A stretch of 64,000 nt of DNA from Eledone cirrhosa. Lineage: Eukaryota. Each line of letters begins with the position of its first letter. Position 1 is the first letter of the stretch. The notes under the pieces are model-generated. The model was not told the DNA's origin. It was given only the letters and a program-made list of their open reading frames with translations, and did no database searches. Made by a program: the position numbers and the translations under genes. Shown here piece after piece: positions 43,350-56,205 of this stretch. Where the stretch lies: NCBI GenBank assembly GCA_964016885.1, contig OZ024743.1:334056001-334120000 (forward strand), in the 5' to 3' direction.

Positions 43350-44159
43350 CTACTCAAATCTACTTCAAAGATCACGCATTGATGTAAAAAATCAATAAAA
43401 CTGAAGCGGGGCTCGACTTTGCGCAAAAAAACAAGGCAAAGTTACACATGGGAAAACTTTTTACAGGAACGTCGTATATTCTTGAATACTGTCACAAAAG
43501 ACTCGCCATTATGCCGCGGTTAAGATAAAGGCCCTTTTAATTCTTCTTCTGCACATGTGAGCGCAAAAATTGTAAAAAAAAAGAACCCTGAAAGTAATCG
43601 ACATTCTCACCCTGCTTTAAATTAACTGAACATTCAATATCAAGCGATTTTGACTTCCGTCAGTCGTGCAGAGAACAATTTCAACGATACACTGTGTAAC
43701 TACAATTAATAAATTACACACCTGTGTCTACTAACCTATTTTTTTTCATTGAAGTTCGAAGTTTTGAACCTGTGATGCGCGGGAAGTAACTTTCACACAT
43801 TCTAACAGACCAAAGGTCGACTTACACCCGGGCAACGCCGGGTACTTCTGCTAGTGTATATATATATGTATATATGTATTTATATACATATACGTATATA
43901 TATATGTATATGTATATATGTATATATATATATGTATACATATATATATATATGTATATATATATGTATATATATATATATATGTATATATATGTATATA
44001 TGTACATATATATATGTATATATGTATATATATATATATATATATATGTATATGTATATATATATATGTATATATATATATGTATATATATATATGTATA
44101 TATATATATGTATATATATATATGTATATGTATATATATATATATGTATATATATATAC

Positions 44160-44198
<39 letters not shown>

Positions 44199-44234
44199 CA
44201 TATATATGTATATATGTATATATATATATATGTA

Positions 44235-44304
<70 letters not shown>

Positions 44305-44807
44305 TACAACTTGAACTATGTGTTTTTTATGTAAAATGCAAAATCAACTTCCTTCGTAACTCATAATAGAAATATAAACAACTCATAATTGTAAATTATT
44401 TCTATTTCTATAATACTTATACAAGCGCAATTATTAATTTATATAGATATTTATACACTTATAACCTATTGTAATGTAATAAGATAAAATTTACTTATAA
44501 CCACAATTCTTCATATAATCTAATCGACTATATATACAATATTATAACTCATAATATAGCTAAATAAATTTAAATTCTGGAATCATATTCCACCATTCCC
44601 GCAAATTGTTAATTCCTTTTAAATTAACGTAAATACAAGCTCTTCTTTCTTTTTTTCTTCTTCCTACTCATACATACATATATTCTAATTATTTAAATTC
44701 TGCATAGCGTCTAAAATAACGTTTTTGTCACCCTTATAGCTCAACCTCATTTGCATACTCATCTTAATAATTTGAAATATCTGACTTTTCTTCTCTTTTC
44801 CATTCAC

Positions 44808-45076
44808 TATCCAAGAAAAACTTGAACCGTTAAGGTATCTTTTTCTTGGTTATGTCAAAATTTATAAAACAAATTTTGTATTTTATCTGATGAAAGCGTA
44901 CCAAAGTTTTGGTACCCTTGAAACATATATAATAGAATAAATATGGTTTTATAAATATAGTTTCCATTTATTAAATATCATTGAATATTATACTCCAGAA
45001 AAAGCTGTCGAGTGCTCTGAATCAGTTATAAACATTTATATTTGTTGAATTACCAACAAATTGAATATCCCTTTTG

Positions 45077-45080
<4 letters not shown>
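44808..45080 (+). mobile_element. Solo pLTR with canonical HHR (44880-44938), same family as 7008-7461
   Basis: Aligns to ~7187-7460; ATTTTAT-CTGATGA-..-GAAA-CATATA-T-A-ATAGAAT. Confidence 0.85.
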
Positions 45081-45121
<41 letters not shown>

Positions 45122-45138
45122 ATATGTATATTGCTTAT

Positions 45139-45206
<68 letters not shown>

Positions 45207-45207
45207 A

Positions 45208-48200
45208 CTAGCTGAGCTACCCGGTGATACCCGGGTATTTTATGAAAGTTACAATATATTTGGCACACATTACAAAGTATTTGACCATTCAAATATGATT
45301 GCTGAATTTTAACCAAAGTAGGAATTATAGCAGAATATTTATTGCCGTTTTGTCAAAGTTAATCATCTAGATAGAAATATTGATTTTTTCCAGTGGTGAT
45401 TTTTTTGAATACTGCTCCCTATTACAGTCAGCATATATAATGCTTTACTCATAGATGAATCATTAGGTATGTTGTCAGTGAAAAGTGCATGACCAAAAAA
45501 ATACATTTAGATTTTTTTTATTTATCCTTTTTTTTTTTTTGCTTAATCTGAACCTCTGAAATTCAAGCAACATGTAAAGACTATTTTAAAAACCATAAAT
45601 AAAATAAGAAAATAAATTTAGCATTGGTTTATGCTTGAATGAAGTATTTATTTACTCATTTCTGTAATTCGGGGAAAGTGTATTTAAATTTGTACACTGT
45701 AGCTTTCACCAATCTTTGCCTCTATGGCAGAAGGATCTTGTTTGAGGGAGATTTGTTTTCTATTTCTATTAGCTATACCAACAGTTATAGTGGCTCACAT
45801 GACATACATAGATACTTACACACACATGTATGTGTGTAAGACAGTTGTTTGGGATTTGAAATGGATTTTGCTAATATTTCTAGTAGATCGAGTTATCACA
45901 TAGAGCCATTCCTTTTTGCTTCACACATATATACATACCTGAGAAAGTAAGGTGGGATTTGAAGGAAATTTGGCTGCTACTTCTACCCAACAAAGTCCTC
46001 ACTTATACTACTTTATATAGCAGAGGTACCCGGGAATACCTGCATATTCTTCCAAAGTAACACCATGCAGTAAATTTGCGGCTTCAGAATTCCTTGCAAA
46101 CTACATGACTAAGGAATTAGGATCTGTGTCATTCCAAAGCCTCTGGATAAACAGCATTCTTGGTTTTGCCCTGTGGTGCCACAATGAAATGACAATCAGG
46201 GTTCCCAACTCTTGTTGTGCCAACATAGAGCTGACAATGTGAAAAGACAGGATCTGCCAGATTCAACCCAATGACTTTCAATGATTGCCCTTGAGATGTA
46301 TTAATGGTCATGGCAAAACTGAGCCTGATCGGAAATTGAAGTCTTTGAAATTCAAATGGCTTCAGAGGTATTCTGGGAATGAAACAATTGTCTCCAGCAA
46401 ATTTTCCTGGCATGATTGCAACTTCTAGAACATTGGACATCATATTTTTGATGATGAGTCTTCTGCCATTACAAAGTTTTGGAGGATCCAGATTGCGAAG
46501 TAGCATAACCGATGCTCCAAGCTTCAGTATCAGGTTGTGTGGAGGAATTCCGGCCTGTTCAAGACTGTTCAAAAATTCAGCTGGATAGTTTACAACCTGG
46601 TCTTGAGAAGTGATTGTGTCAACTGATTTGTAGCATATTTTCTCTCCCAGTAACATCTCCAGCAGCCTTCTATTGATTTCTTTCACAGCAACATTTTTAG
46701 GTGCTAAGATTGTTCATTCACAGAGCCATTTCGGATCACATTGCCTGGTCTGAATTTTTGGAAACACTCTGGCAATCAGTTCTTGTTCTGTGTCAATGAT
46801 ATGGCCAAATGACAACTGAATATGTTCATTGGAGTCCTTTTCAAGAAGTCCATTTCCAAATTTAAGTAGTTGGATGGCAAACTCACTAACACCTTCGTCA
46901 CCAGTTAAGTGCACTCGCATGTTGGTTGTAAGGCTCAGCAGCTGAAAGTGGGGCCAGAGATAGGATGTTTTCAGGCAGGCATTGACCTGATCAGCTCAAG
47001 TCTCTCTAAGAATTACAGGCAGAGTTTATCTGAAATCACCAGCAAGAACCATTGTCACTCCTCCCATTATGCAACTATTTTCTGTCAGATCCCTTACCGT
47101 CCGGTCTAAAGCTTCAATTGCTCCTTTATGGCTCATAGTAGCTTCATCCCAAATTATCATCTTGCATGTTTGCAGAATCTTGCCCTTGGGTGAGTTCTTC
47201 TTGATGTTGCAAAAAGATTGTTCATGCCGTGTGAGATCTATGGGCAGCTTAAACATGGAGTGTGCAGTTATTCCTCCATCCAGACGTGTTGCTGCAATGC
47301 CACTTGAAGCCACAGTAAGGGCAATATGTTGCTTTTGGCGAACTTTAGCAAGCAGGAGGTTTATGAGGAATATCTTCCCTGTGCCAGCAGGAGCATCGAT
47401 GTCATTTGAGTATTTTCGATGATGTTGTGGTAGATGTATTTCTGGTTCATTTTCATCCACAAACTTACGCAATACTTGTATATTATAGTTTGTCTCCTGA
47501 AAAAAGTCTTGTGCTAACTCCATTTCTTCATCTGGCTCTGGCATCCCGCATTTAGCTAATGTGCTATTCATTGCCTGAACTCGATGGGACAGGTCACAGA
47601 GAGCTTGATTGTAAATCTTGGGGGTATATTCCATATACATATTGCCATGATGTCTTCGGGTTAGGTGTAGATAGTCGTCCGACATATTGTTTTTGTACTC
47701 CTGCCAGAGTAGATGAGCTTCATCAATTCCACATGTTGTGAGCATAATAGCAAATAATTGTCTTATTTGACTGGCTACTTGAGTGATTGCTGCTTCTTCT
47801 AGGCACTTCTTCCATTGTCCATTGTCATGCAGGAGTCCATTTTGTTTACATGCTTCTTGGTATGTTGCGCACTCCCTCCCTCTGAAGCAACTAAGATCCT
47901 CAAATGACGTTGGTCCTCGAACAATATGCAGAAGTAGCCGTAAATAAAAACATTCTCTGTTGTTGGGATGGACATTGTGAACACCTTCCACTAAATGACC
48001 CTGCTTCCTTCGATTCCAGGTCTTGCAATTGGTCCAGGTGTAGTATGTTGGGATTTCAGCATATAGGAGAGATCGAGCAAATTCATCATTCCGGCAGAGT
48101 TTAAAGAAAGCAGTTAGTGTAGTGTCATGTGATGCTTGTGCCAACTGATGAGCAGTGATCTCAGTGAAGTACACTCTCTGTCCATTTTCCAGATGGACTG

Positions 48201-50260
48201 CGAGGTTGACCACTGTTGGGTGGCATTAATGGATATCAAATCCAAAGATTCGCCAGATAGCTTCATTGCTGGAGACTATCGACCTGTTTGATACCGTTTG
48301 ACCTCATCCAGCCCACCATCATTGAGTTCTTTGTCAGTAATTAAGGTAGCCATGTCACTGCCCTTGTTGATATATTTTGTGACATATAAGATTGCCTTGA
48401 CGGAGCTGCAATACTCAACATTGATATGAACTTTTAAAAGTTTACACAACAATTTGTTGTGTGGGACGACCCACTGATTATTTATGGTCAGCTCCTCTCC
48501 TCGAACTGTTAGGCTTGCAGAATTGCCTCCATGTTCTGGTCTACGCCTACGATAAAGGGGGTATCCATTATTGTCAGTTCAAGTTTCCCGAATAAAAGCT
48601 CTCGGGTAATGCTTGCTGCATTTTTAATCTTTCATGCAGGGAGAGGCTGGATTGATGACTCCACATGGACCATGAATGAGTTTGGACTTGATGGTTTCAA
48701 AGAGCTCTGGATCATCACCTTTATCAGGCAACTCTGCTGAAATGATCTTATCAACAGCATCTGGTCTTATCTTCTTGCACCAGATTAGTGTGTAAGAGTG
48801 AGGAAGACCTCTATTCTGCCACTCAATAGTGGTCATCCAAGCACTAAACTCACCAAACATTCTTCCTTCTTTTAGGAGCCAGATGAGTTTTTTTTTGCTT
48901 TTCATGGAAAAACCGAGCAATGAGATCATGTCGATCCTTTGGTTTTTGATTTTGAAATAATTCATTTGATATTTCTGACCAGTTTGAATTGCATGTAAAT
49001 GTAATGAAGAGATCTGGCCGACCAAATTTTCTGACATAGGCCATTGCATCTTGCGTACGTGGTCCTCCAGTGAAGCTTGATGGTAGTATGACTGGTTGGC
49101 CAATATTTCTTGGGTCAACATCAGAATTGATGGCATCTCTAAGGTGGATGTAGTTATCTGCTCTCAACTTAGTTTGATTCCTTCGCAGAAAACCCAATCT
49201 TTCTGTTTCAATTTTGGCATACATGTCCACCATGAACTGGCTGGTAACTTCTTTGAATCGCAAAACTTGGTTGAAGTGATCATGTACCATGAAATGATAA
49301 GCATAGCATTTTTTGCAGCTGATTGATCGTCCAGTTTCTTGTCCCGTTACTGGGTTGATCTGCTGTAGCTGAAAATGATATCCATCTTGACCATTCCAAA
49401 AGATGAGCGGATATTGGAGTGAATCATAGGCTCTATGAGTTTCACAAATTTGCCCCAAATGTCCACTTCGTTTTTGCAAAACAATGTCACGTCGTTCATG
49501 CTGTTCATCAACCATTATGATTGCAACTTCATCAGTGACAGGTGCATTGAATCTGCGTTCATGTTCTGAAGCTGGGCGTTTGTCTGCCCTAATGATGATT
49601 TTACGATCTCTGGTGTTGTTCATATGCTCCAGTGCATATTTAAATACACTAACATACATGTGATGTTGGTGAAGCATTTCTGGTAATTTTAGGACTATGT
49701 AGAACTGCAATCCACCATGGACATTGGTACATCTTTGCTGTGCCTGTGTTTCATTTCCACCCATGAAGTAAACCTGCACAAATTTGTGAGGCTCCTGTGA
49801 AAGTGGCAGAAGGCCACCCATTAAGTGGTAACACTGTCCCTGAATTTTATAAGTTGTACAGAATCTAAAGTCAGTCACATTCCTGTCAGCCCCAAAAGAT
49901 GTCATCTGAAAAGCAGAATTATATTTTATGTATTTATTGAAGTGTCGTGCTTCTGGTGTATGCTGAAGGAGCAGATTCTTCAGAAATTCAGGTTGTTCTT
50001 GTATTGTTTTAAGGCTCACTTTGCCGTTTCAGCAGCATAGACTTGGTGTTTCTGCTGCCCACTTCTTGGCACCACAATACTGGCAGCATTTGTTCATTTT
50101 CACAATATTGATTTGTGGATTACTGCTGTAGTCCTTTTGGGGTCATAAGAAAAAGCACCCATCAGCCAGTTCATTTACTTTCTTCAGATCGCTGTGTTAT
50201 CTTTCTCTTAGCCTCTGAAGATGACCTTCCATATAATGATCTGGAACGTTTTCTAGGCAT
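45208..50260 (-). mobile_element. Degenerate autonomous Helitron
   Basis: RepHel coding remnants; minus-strand 3' hairpin TACCCGGGTATCACCGGGTA plus CTAG|T at 45208; 5' terminus not identified. Confidence 0.88.
46129..50260 (-). pseudogene. Helitron Rep/PIF1-like helicase
   Basis: MPRKRSR start, CQYC..LCC zinc finger, YNSAFQMTSFG, ILPSSFTGGPR, PDLFITFTCN, EWQNRGLPHSY, LAVHLENGQ, DAPAGTGK, IIWDE, GDFR, RLQFPIRLSFAMTINTSQGQS; many stops and frameshifts. Confidence 0.93.
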
Positions 50261-50270
50261 TTGAAGTGAT

Positions 50271-50535
50271 ATTGGCAGTATTGGTAGAGGGTCGGACGCC
50301 TTGCTTTGACGCATAGAGTTACGGCCCTTGCCATTCTGAGTTCAAATCCCGCCGAGGTTAACTTTGCCTTTCATCCTTACGGGGCCGATAAAATAAAGTA
50401 CCAGTAATACACTGGGTAATTGTTGGCCTTGTGCCTAAAGTAGAAATAATTATTACACACCACATGATAAAATAAAGTACCAGGAATGCACTGGAATAAT
50501 TGCTGGCCTTGAGCCAAAAGTAGAAACAATTATTA
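50271..50535 (+). mobile_element. tRNA-SINE with duplicated tail
   Basis: TGGCAGTATTGGTAGAG, GAGTTCAAATCCCGCCGAGG; tail repeated at ~50467-50535. Confidence 0.85.
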
Positions 50536-50771
50536 CACACCACACTCTTTCCGAAATAGAAACAACTATAGAATGTATTGTTCACTCAATAAAGTTGTTT
50601 TAAATGATCTCTTTATATGAATGTATATTAGGTGTAATTAATTTTAGACAAATGTAGAAAATATTGGGATTTCAGATTGTATTCTGAAATTATCATTTTT
50701 TATCCAACTCCACCCCACCCCCGAAGAAAAACGACAAACACTACAAAAAAATATTTTCTGTGTTAATTCAA

Positions 50772-50958
50772 ATAATTGTTTCTACTTTTGGCACAAGGCC
50801 AGCAAATACCCAGTGCATTACTGGTACTTTATATTATCGACCCGTAAGGATGAAAGGCAAAGTTAACCTCGGCGGGATTTGAACTCAGAATGACAAGGGC
50901 CGTAACTCTATGCGTCAAAGCATAGTGTCCGACCCTCTACCGATACTGCCAATGCACC
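50772..50958 (-). mobile_element. tRNA-SINE
   Basis: Reverse complement of the 50271 copy. Confidence 0.85.
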
Positions 50959-51926
50959 GTCATTAATTCAAATAATAGCGGAAAATAATATATTCAAATA
51001 ATATCTTTTAGAAATACTGGGTTTTTTGTCTGTTAATACATACATATATACAACTTCTATAAAAGCATCTGTGATTTCTTTAGACATATGTAGAAAATAA
51101 GCTTTGATTGTAACATATATCGTCTGCTAAAGAAGGCCCACCCCATAACACACACGTCTGTGTGTAAATATATATATAAACGCGGACACACATAAGGTAA
51201 AGAATCCCTCCAATCACACTCCCTCTCTCCTACCTCTTTACTTTTTTTTCTCTCTCCCATCTTTTCTCTTTTCTTATTGTCTTTCTCTCCCCATCCGCCT
51301 CACTCCATTTCTCTTTCTCATCTCCTCTCTTTCTCTCTCTCATCCTCTACAGAATAGCGAACAAAAAATAAATAAAAGATAAATAACATTGGGAGAGTTA
51401 AAAAGTGTGTAAAAATAATAAATAAATATTAGTTAATGAACGCTGGCTACTTTCCCTCTCTCTCTCTCCCATAACATTACTCTCTCTCTCTTTTTATCTC
51501 TCACATCCCCCCTCTCTCTACAGAATAGAGAACAAAAAATAAAGAAAAGATAAATAACGTTAAGGAAGCGGGAGAGTTGAAATTGGCTATAAAATTGAGG
51601 CTTATTTGCATAATTGCAAACGAATTGAATGTTATTATTAATATTCGAAAAACTCAGATTACATTTATTGTATTCAGCCATATAGAGCGAAAAAAGTTTT
51701 CTTTTTTATTTGAATTTGGCAAAGCCGGCCATTTATCGCTCATATACAGGAAACTAACTGGCCAGTCTGCTGATATGCAAATCTGGCTGATCAGTGAATC
51801 TGCTAATATGCAGATCTGACTGATCAGCCAGTCTGCTAATATGCAAATCAGGCCGATCAGTCACTGTGTATTTTCAAAAATAGCATATATTTTCACTAGC
51901 TCTGACAGTTTTGCAGGTGAACAGTG

Positions 51927-51974
51927 AGCTGTACTGATGAAGGGTGATACCTAGAAACATTAGTATCTGCAGTT
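51927..51974 (+). ncRNA. Minimal HHR candidate
   Basis: AGCTGTA-CTGATGA-AGGGTGATACCTA-GAAA-CATTAGTA-T-C-TGCAGTT; first stem II pair is mismatched. Confidence 0.55.
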
Positions 51975-52643
51975 CTGTTTACATGCCAACACAAGAGAAA
52001 GAATGAAGGGTTCATTCTACTGACATGGCTATACAATTGAGTCTTGTTTGCATAATTACAAACGAATCGAATGTTATTATTAATATTCGAAAAACGCAGA
52101 TTACATTTATTGTATTCAGCCATGTAGAGCGAAAAAAGTTTTCTTATGTATATATACACACACACAGGAGAAATTGTCATGTTTTATCACAATTATTACC
52201 TCTATTCCTTGACAGACACTGCTCAGGATTTCCTACATTACTCCAAGTCTGTGACCTATCCATATCTTCCTTAATACTAACCTCCTACACTAAATCGTGT
52301 GTGAGTACATACACACACACACATCTACTACTGTTTCACACCACTTGCACATACAGAAACAATAACAACAGCAACAACACATAATATACACACACAGATA
52401 CTCAGAGAGACATGCACGTATGCATACTTAAACGTACACACACACGCACACACATCCAAATCTTGAGAAGCTGGGCTAAACAGAAACAGAAAGAACACGA
52501 CTAGTTAGGAAGTTACAAGTAGAGTCCATTAACAAAACTATCAAAATATTCTGTAATAACTGCATATACACATGCAAAACATATGCACATGTACACATAT
52601 AACTCAAAACATACAGATCCCCATAAACAATAACATCCATACC

Positions 52644-52718
<75 letters not shown>

Positions 52719-52831
52719 CATTCAGACAGACAGGCATATCTACCTAGTTGATGTTGTCTAAATTCCAAGAAAAAAGTTTTGTGTCTATATTAGAAATCGA
52801 CTCTCTCTCTCTAATGGTATAAATTTATAAA

Positions 52832-53013
52832 ATAATTGTTTCTACATTTGGCACAAGGCCAGCAATTATTCCAGTGTATTACTGGTACTTTATATTATCG
52901 ACCCCGTAAGGATGAAAGCAAAGTTAACCTCGGCGGGATTTGAACTCAGAATGGCAAGGGCCGTAACTCTATGCGTCAAAGCATGGCGTCCGACCCTCTA
53001 CCGATACTGCCAA
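52832..53013 (-). mobile_element. tRNA-SINE
   Basis: Same family as 50271. Confidence 0.85.
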
Positions 53014-53032
53014 TTGACCACACACACACACG

Positions 53033-53095
<63 letters not shown>

Positions 53096-54497
53096 ATAAT
53101 ATATATATATATAAGCACACACACAGTGACAACGGAATCACGATCCAAAGAAAATTGAGTAAATCTTTTCCTTGTTTAAAAACGAACTTTTTTTTGGCTG
53201 AAGAATTGATTTCAATAATTTTAATGTTTTGGCGACTTTATAAATTTGTAATTTTAGTTACATAAAAAAAACTATGGGAGGCGGAAATAGACGCGAATAT
53301 CTAGCAGTATGTTTCTGTGTTTATCTCCGTCTGTAGGAAACTTGAGTAGAAATCAATGAAGCAGTCATTTCTATTTTCGTAAAAAAACTCACAAACATCC
53401 GTTCGGAAAGAGAATACGATTTTTTATTGTCGCTTTTTTCACGCAGAAGGGGTTGTGTGCTTGGTGTTACTTGTAATGTTACCGAGACAGGTGAGATTGA
53501 TGCTGTTAATGGATAGTTTGCAATTGGGAGGGGGTGCAGGAATAGGCCACAGATAGGAGACAGCCCATTTGTTGTGAGCAACGAGTGTGCCAGCGAAAAG
53601 TCTTGCACGACTGATTGAACATCGTACAAAGTTTGCTGGTCACTGATTCCGCGCAAAAGATGGCATGGCTTCAGACCTCTTGTTGTGGGAGATCTCTACC
53701 AGAAAGGTCAGATACCAGGATACCTTAGCAAGAGGCACTGGAATTGACAAGGACACACCTTGGTGGTAAACAGTCTGTTGGTGTGAAGTTGAGATTGCTG
53801 TCTCACCTAGGGGTAATGGATAAGATATATAAGGATTGTCAGTGAGAGTATTTCACTCAATCGTGTGTTCCTTTATTCTACGCGGTCTGGGGTGAATCCG
53901 AATGAAACAGAAAATAGAGTTCACCCGAGTTTTATAAAGGGTTAGTAGCTGTTGGTTGAGGACATATTTCTCAAGAGGAAGACAACTCTTTAGGATGAAG
54001 TTTTTGCGATACTGAGTTCTACCATTCGAAACATTCGTGAGGGTTCAAGTTGCATGCTGCACATATTTGAGGTTGAGTGATGGGTGGTGGGTGATAATAA
54101 TTTCTAGATATGTGTTGTGATGGTGTCTTATTGCAATGGAAGAAGAAAAGATTTCTGCAATCATATTGAAGAATATGTTTAGGTCTCTCTTCGTAGAGTC
54201 AGTGAAGATTTGTCGCGAGACTCTGTTAGGAGTTGCGACCGGTAGATAGTATCAGCAATGGAAAGATCAATGGAAACATTGATTCTGTGGTCTGATTTGA
54301 CGAGTTCCACCCCACTCAGTAAACGAATGAGTTGTGGGATCTTGTCGATCTTCTTCCCCCTATTTAGGTTGTATGTGGATTCTAAATGATTCTAAGATAT
54401 ACAGACGTCTAAAATATTTCAATATCAAGCTGGTATATTACACCGACAAAATCCCTGGTAAACCAACATTCTTTATATATATATATATATAAGACTA

Positions 54498-55170
54498 AGG
54501 GCAGTGGATTGGCAAAGGGCGGTGGATTGGCAGTATCGGTAGAGCATCAGACAACATGCTTTGCTGCATAGAGTTACGACCCTTTACATTCTAGTCGATA
54601 AAATAAAGTACCAGTTACGCAGTAGGGTTGATTTAATCGACCCCCCTCCAAATTGCTGGCCTTGATCCATTACATATAAGACTGTCTCTCAAATACTATT
54701 CTTTCTCTTGAAGGTCAGATATTTTATTCAGTTTTGACCAAGCATTAATTCTCAACGCTGCTCTATTGAAATCCACACTTGTATGGTATGGGGGGGTGTT
54801 CCTAGTCATAATTGTTTCTACTTTAGGCACAAGGCCAGCAATTACCCAGTGCATTACTGGTACTTTATTTTATCGACCCCGTAAGGATGAAAGGCAAAGT
54901 CAACCTCGGCGGGATTTGAACTCAGATCGTAAAGGGACGTAACTATACTGGAAAGCATGGCGTCCGACCCTCTACCGATACTGCCAATCCACCGCCATTA
55001 AGCTAATAATGATATCTAATTTAGGCACAAGGCCAGCAATTTGAGTGGAAAGCAAAGTCGACTATATATCACTCTCAGTACTTCATTGGTACTTTATTTT
55101 AAGGACGAAAAGCACTTTTGACCTCGGCGGGATTTGAACTCAGAAGGTAAAGGGTCGCAACTAGATGGCA
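54498..55170. mobile_element. Cluster of three tRNA-SINE copies (54498-54665 plus, 54810-54997 minus, 55019-55170 minus)
   Basis: Same head, body and tail motifs as 50271. Confidence 0.8.
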
Positions 55171-55819
55171 CACTATGATTCTGCCTACTAATTAAACTGC
55201 TACTAATTAAACTGCTAATATGAAAACAAAAACAGTTAAAAGAGTAGTTTTTATTTTAGAGATGTTAACTGGAGAACTCTTGAAAAATATAGCTGTGAAA
55301 TAGAGAGAGTCGGTTTCTAACATAGATTCAAGACTCTCTCATTGGAATTTACACAACATCAACTAGGTAGATATGTCTGCATGTCTGCATGCATGCATGT
55401 GCAGATATGGATATTATTGTATGTGTGGATGTGGATGTATTGAGTTGTATGCGTGCATGTGCATACGCTTTGTATCTGTACATGTGTATATGCAGTTATT
55501 AGATGCAACATTTTTGGAATGTTTTACATATCTTTACTGTTCCATTAATGGATTGTACTTGGAATTTCCTAACTAGTTGTGTTCTTCCTGTTCCTGTGAA
55601 GCCCAGCTTCTCAAGATTTGTATTGAGGCAGTTACTAGCATATGTATGTATGTACACAGTTGACATAATCTTGTATCAGTAATGACGGTAATATATATAT
55701 ATATATATGTGTGTGTACGTGAGTAGCGTGTGTGTGTTTGTTTGTATGCATGAGTGTTGGTGTGTGCGCGCGTATATATGTGTGTGTGCGCGCGTGTGTG
55801 TATGTCGTACGTATGAGTA

Positions 55820-56125
55820 TCAATAAGGGAGTTTTTTATGCGCGGGGACATAGAAATAGTCGGGCTGGATACCCGATCGCGCAATTAAACCACTGGGAGT
55901 GAAGAACCCCTCGCCCTTGTCAGGGCATTCTTCTAGAAGAAGGCATCTCAGGAAACTTGGTTAACTCCGACATAAAACCTGCGGCTCAGTAGTTACCGAT
56001 GATGTTGATCTTTTCTTCTTTTCGGGTTATAGCTACTGTCGCTCAGAGAGTGGGATTGGCTCAGTGCACAGTCTTTCCTCACTTTAAAAAATATTCTTCC
56101 CGCATAGGCATTGCACGATTGAATT
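55820..56125 (+). mobile_element. Short RTE-5'UTR-like non-coding element
   Basis: Homologous to 23309-23654; followed by (TTA)n. Confidence 0.5.
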
Positions 56126-56205
56126 AATTAATAATTATTAATAGTGTATTATTATTATTATTATTGTTACTATTATTATTACTCTTTTTTTCTTTTCCCA
56201 ATTCA

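Larger units (their letters stand above)
41338..43854 (+). mobile_element. Non-autonomous Helitron
   Basis: A|TCTATATATATAAA 5' end; 3' hairpin ACCCGG-GCAACG-CCGGGT followed by CTAG|T. Confidence 0.85.

Noticed and set aside
46129-48213. Host PIF1 helicase gene
   Set aside because: It is fused to Helitron Rep motifs, disrupted by stops and frameshifts, and followed by Helitron termini.
50271-50355. tRNA genes at A-box/B-box matches
   Set aside because: No cloverleaf; each continues into the shared SINE body.
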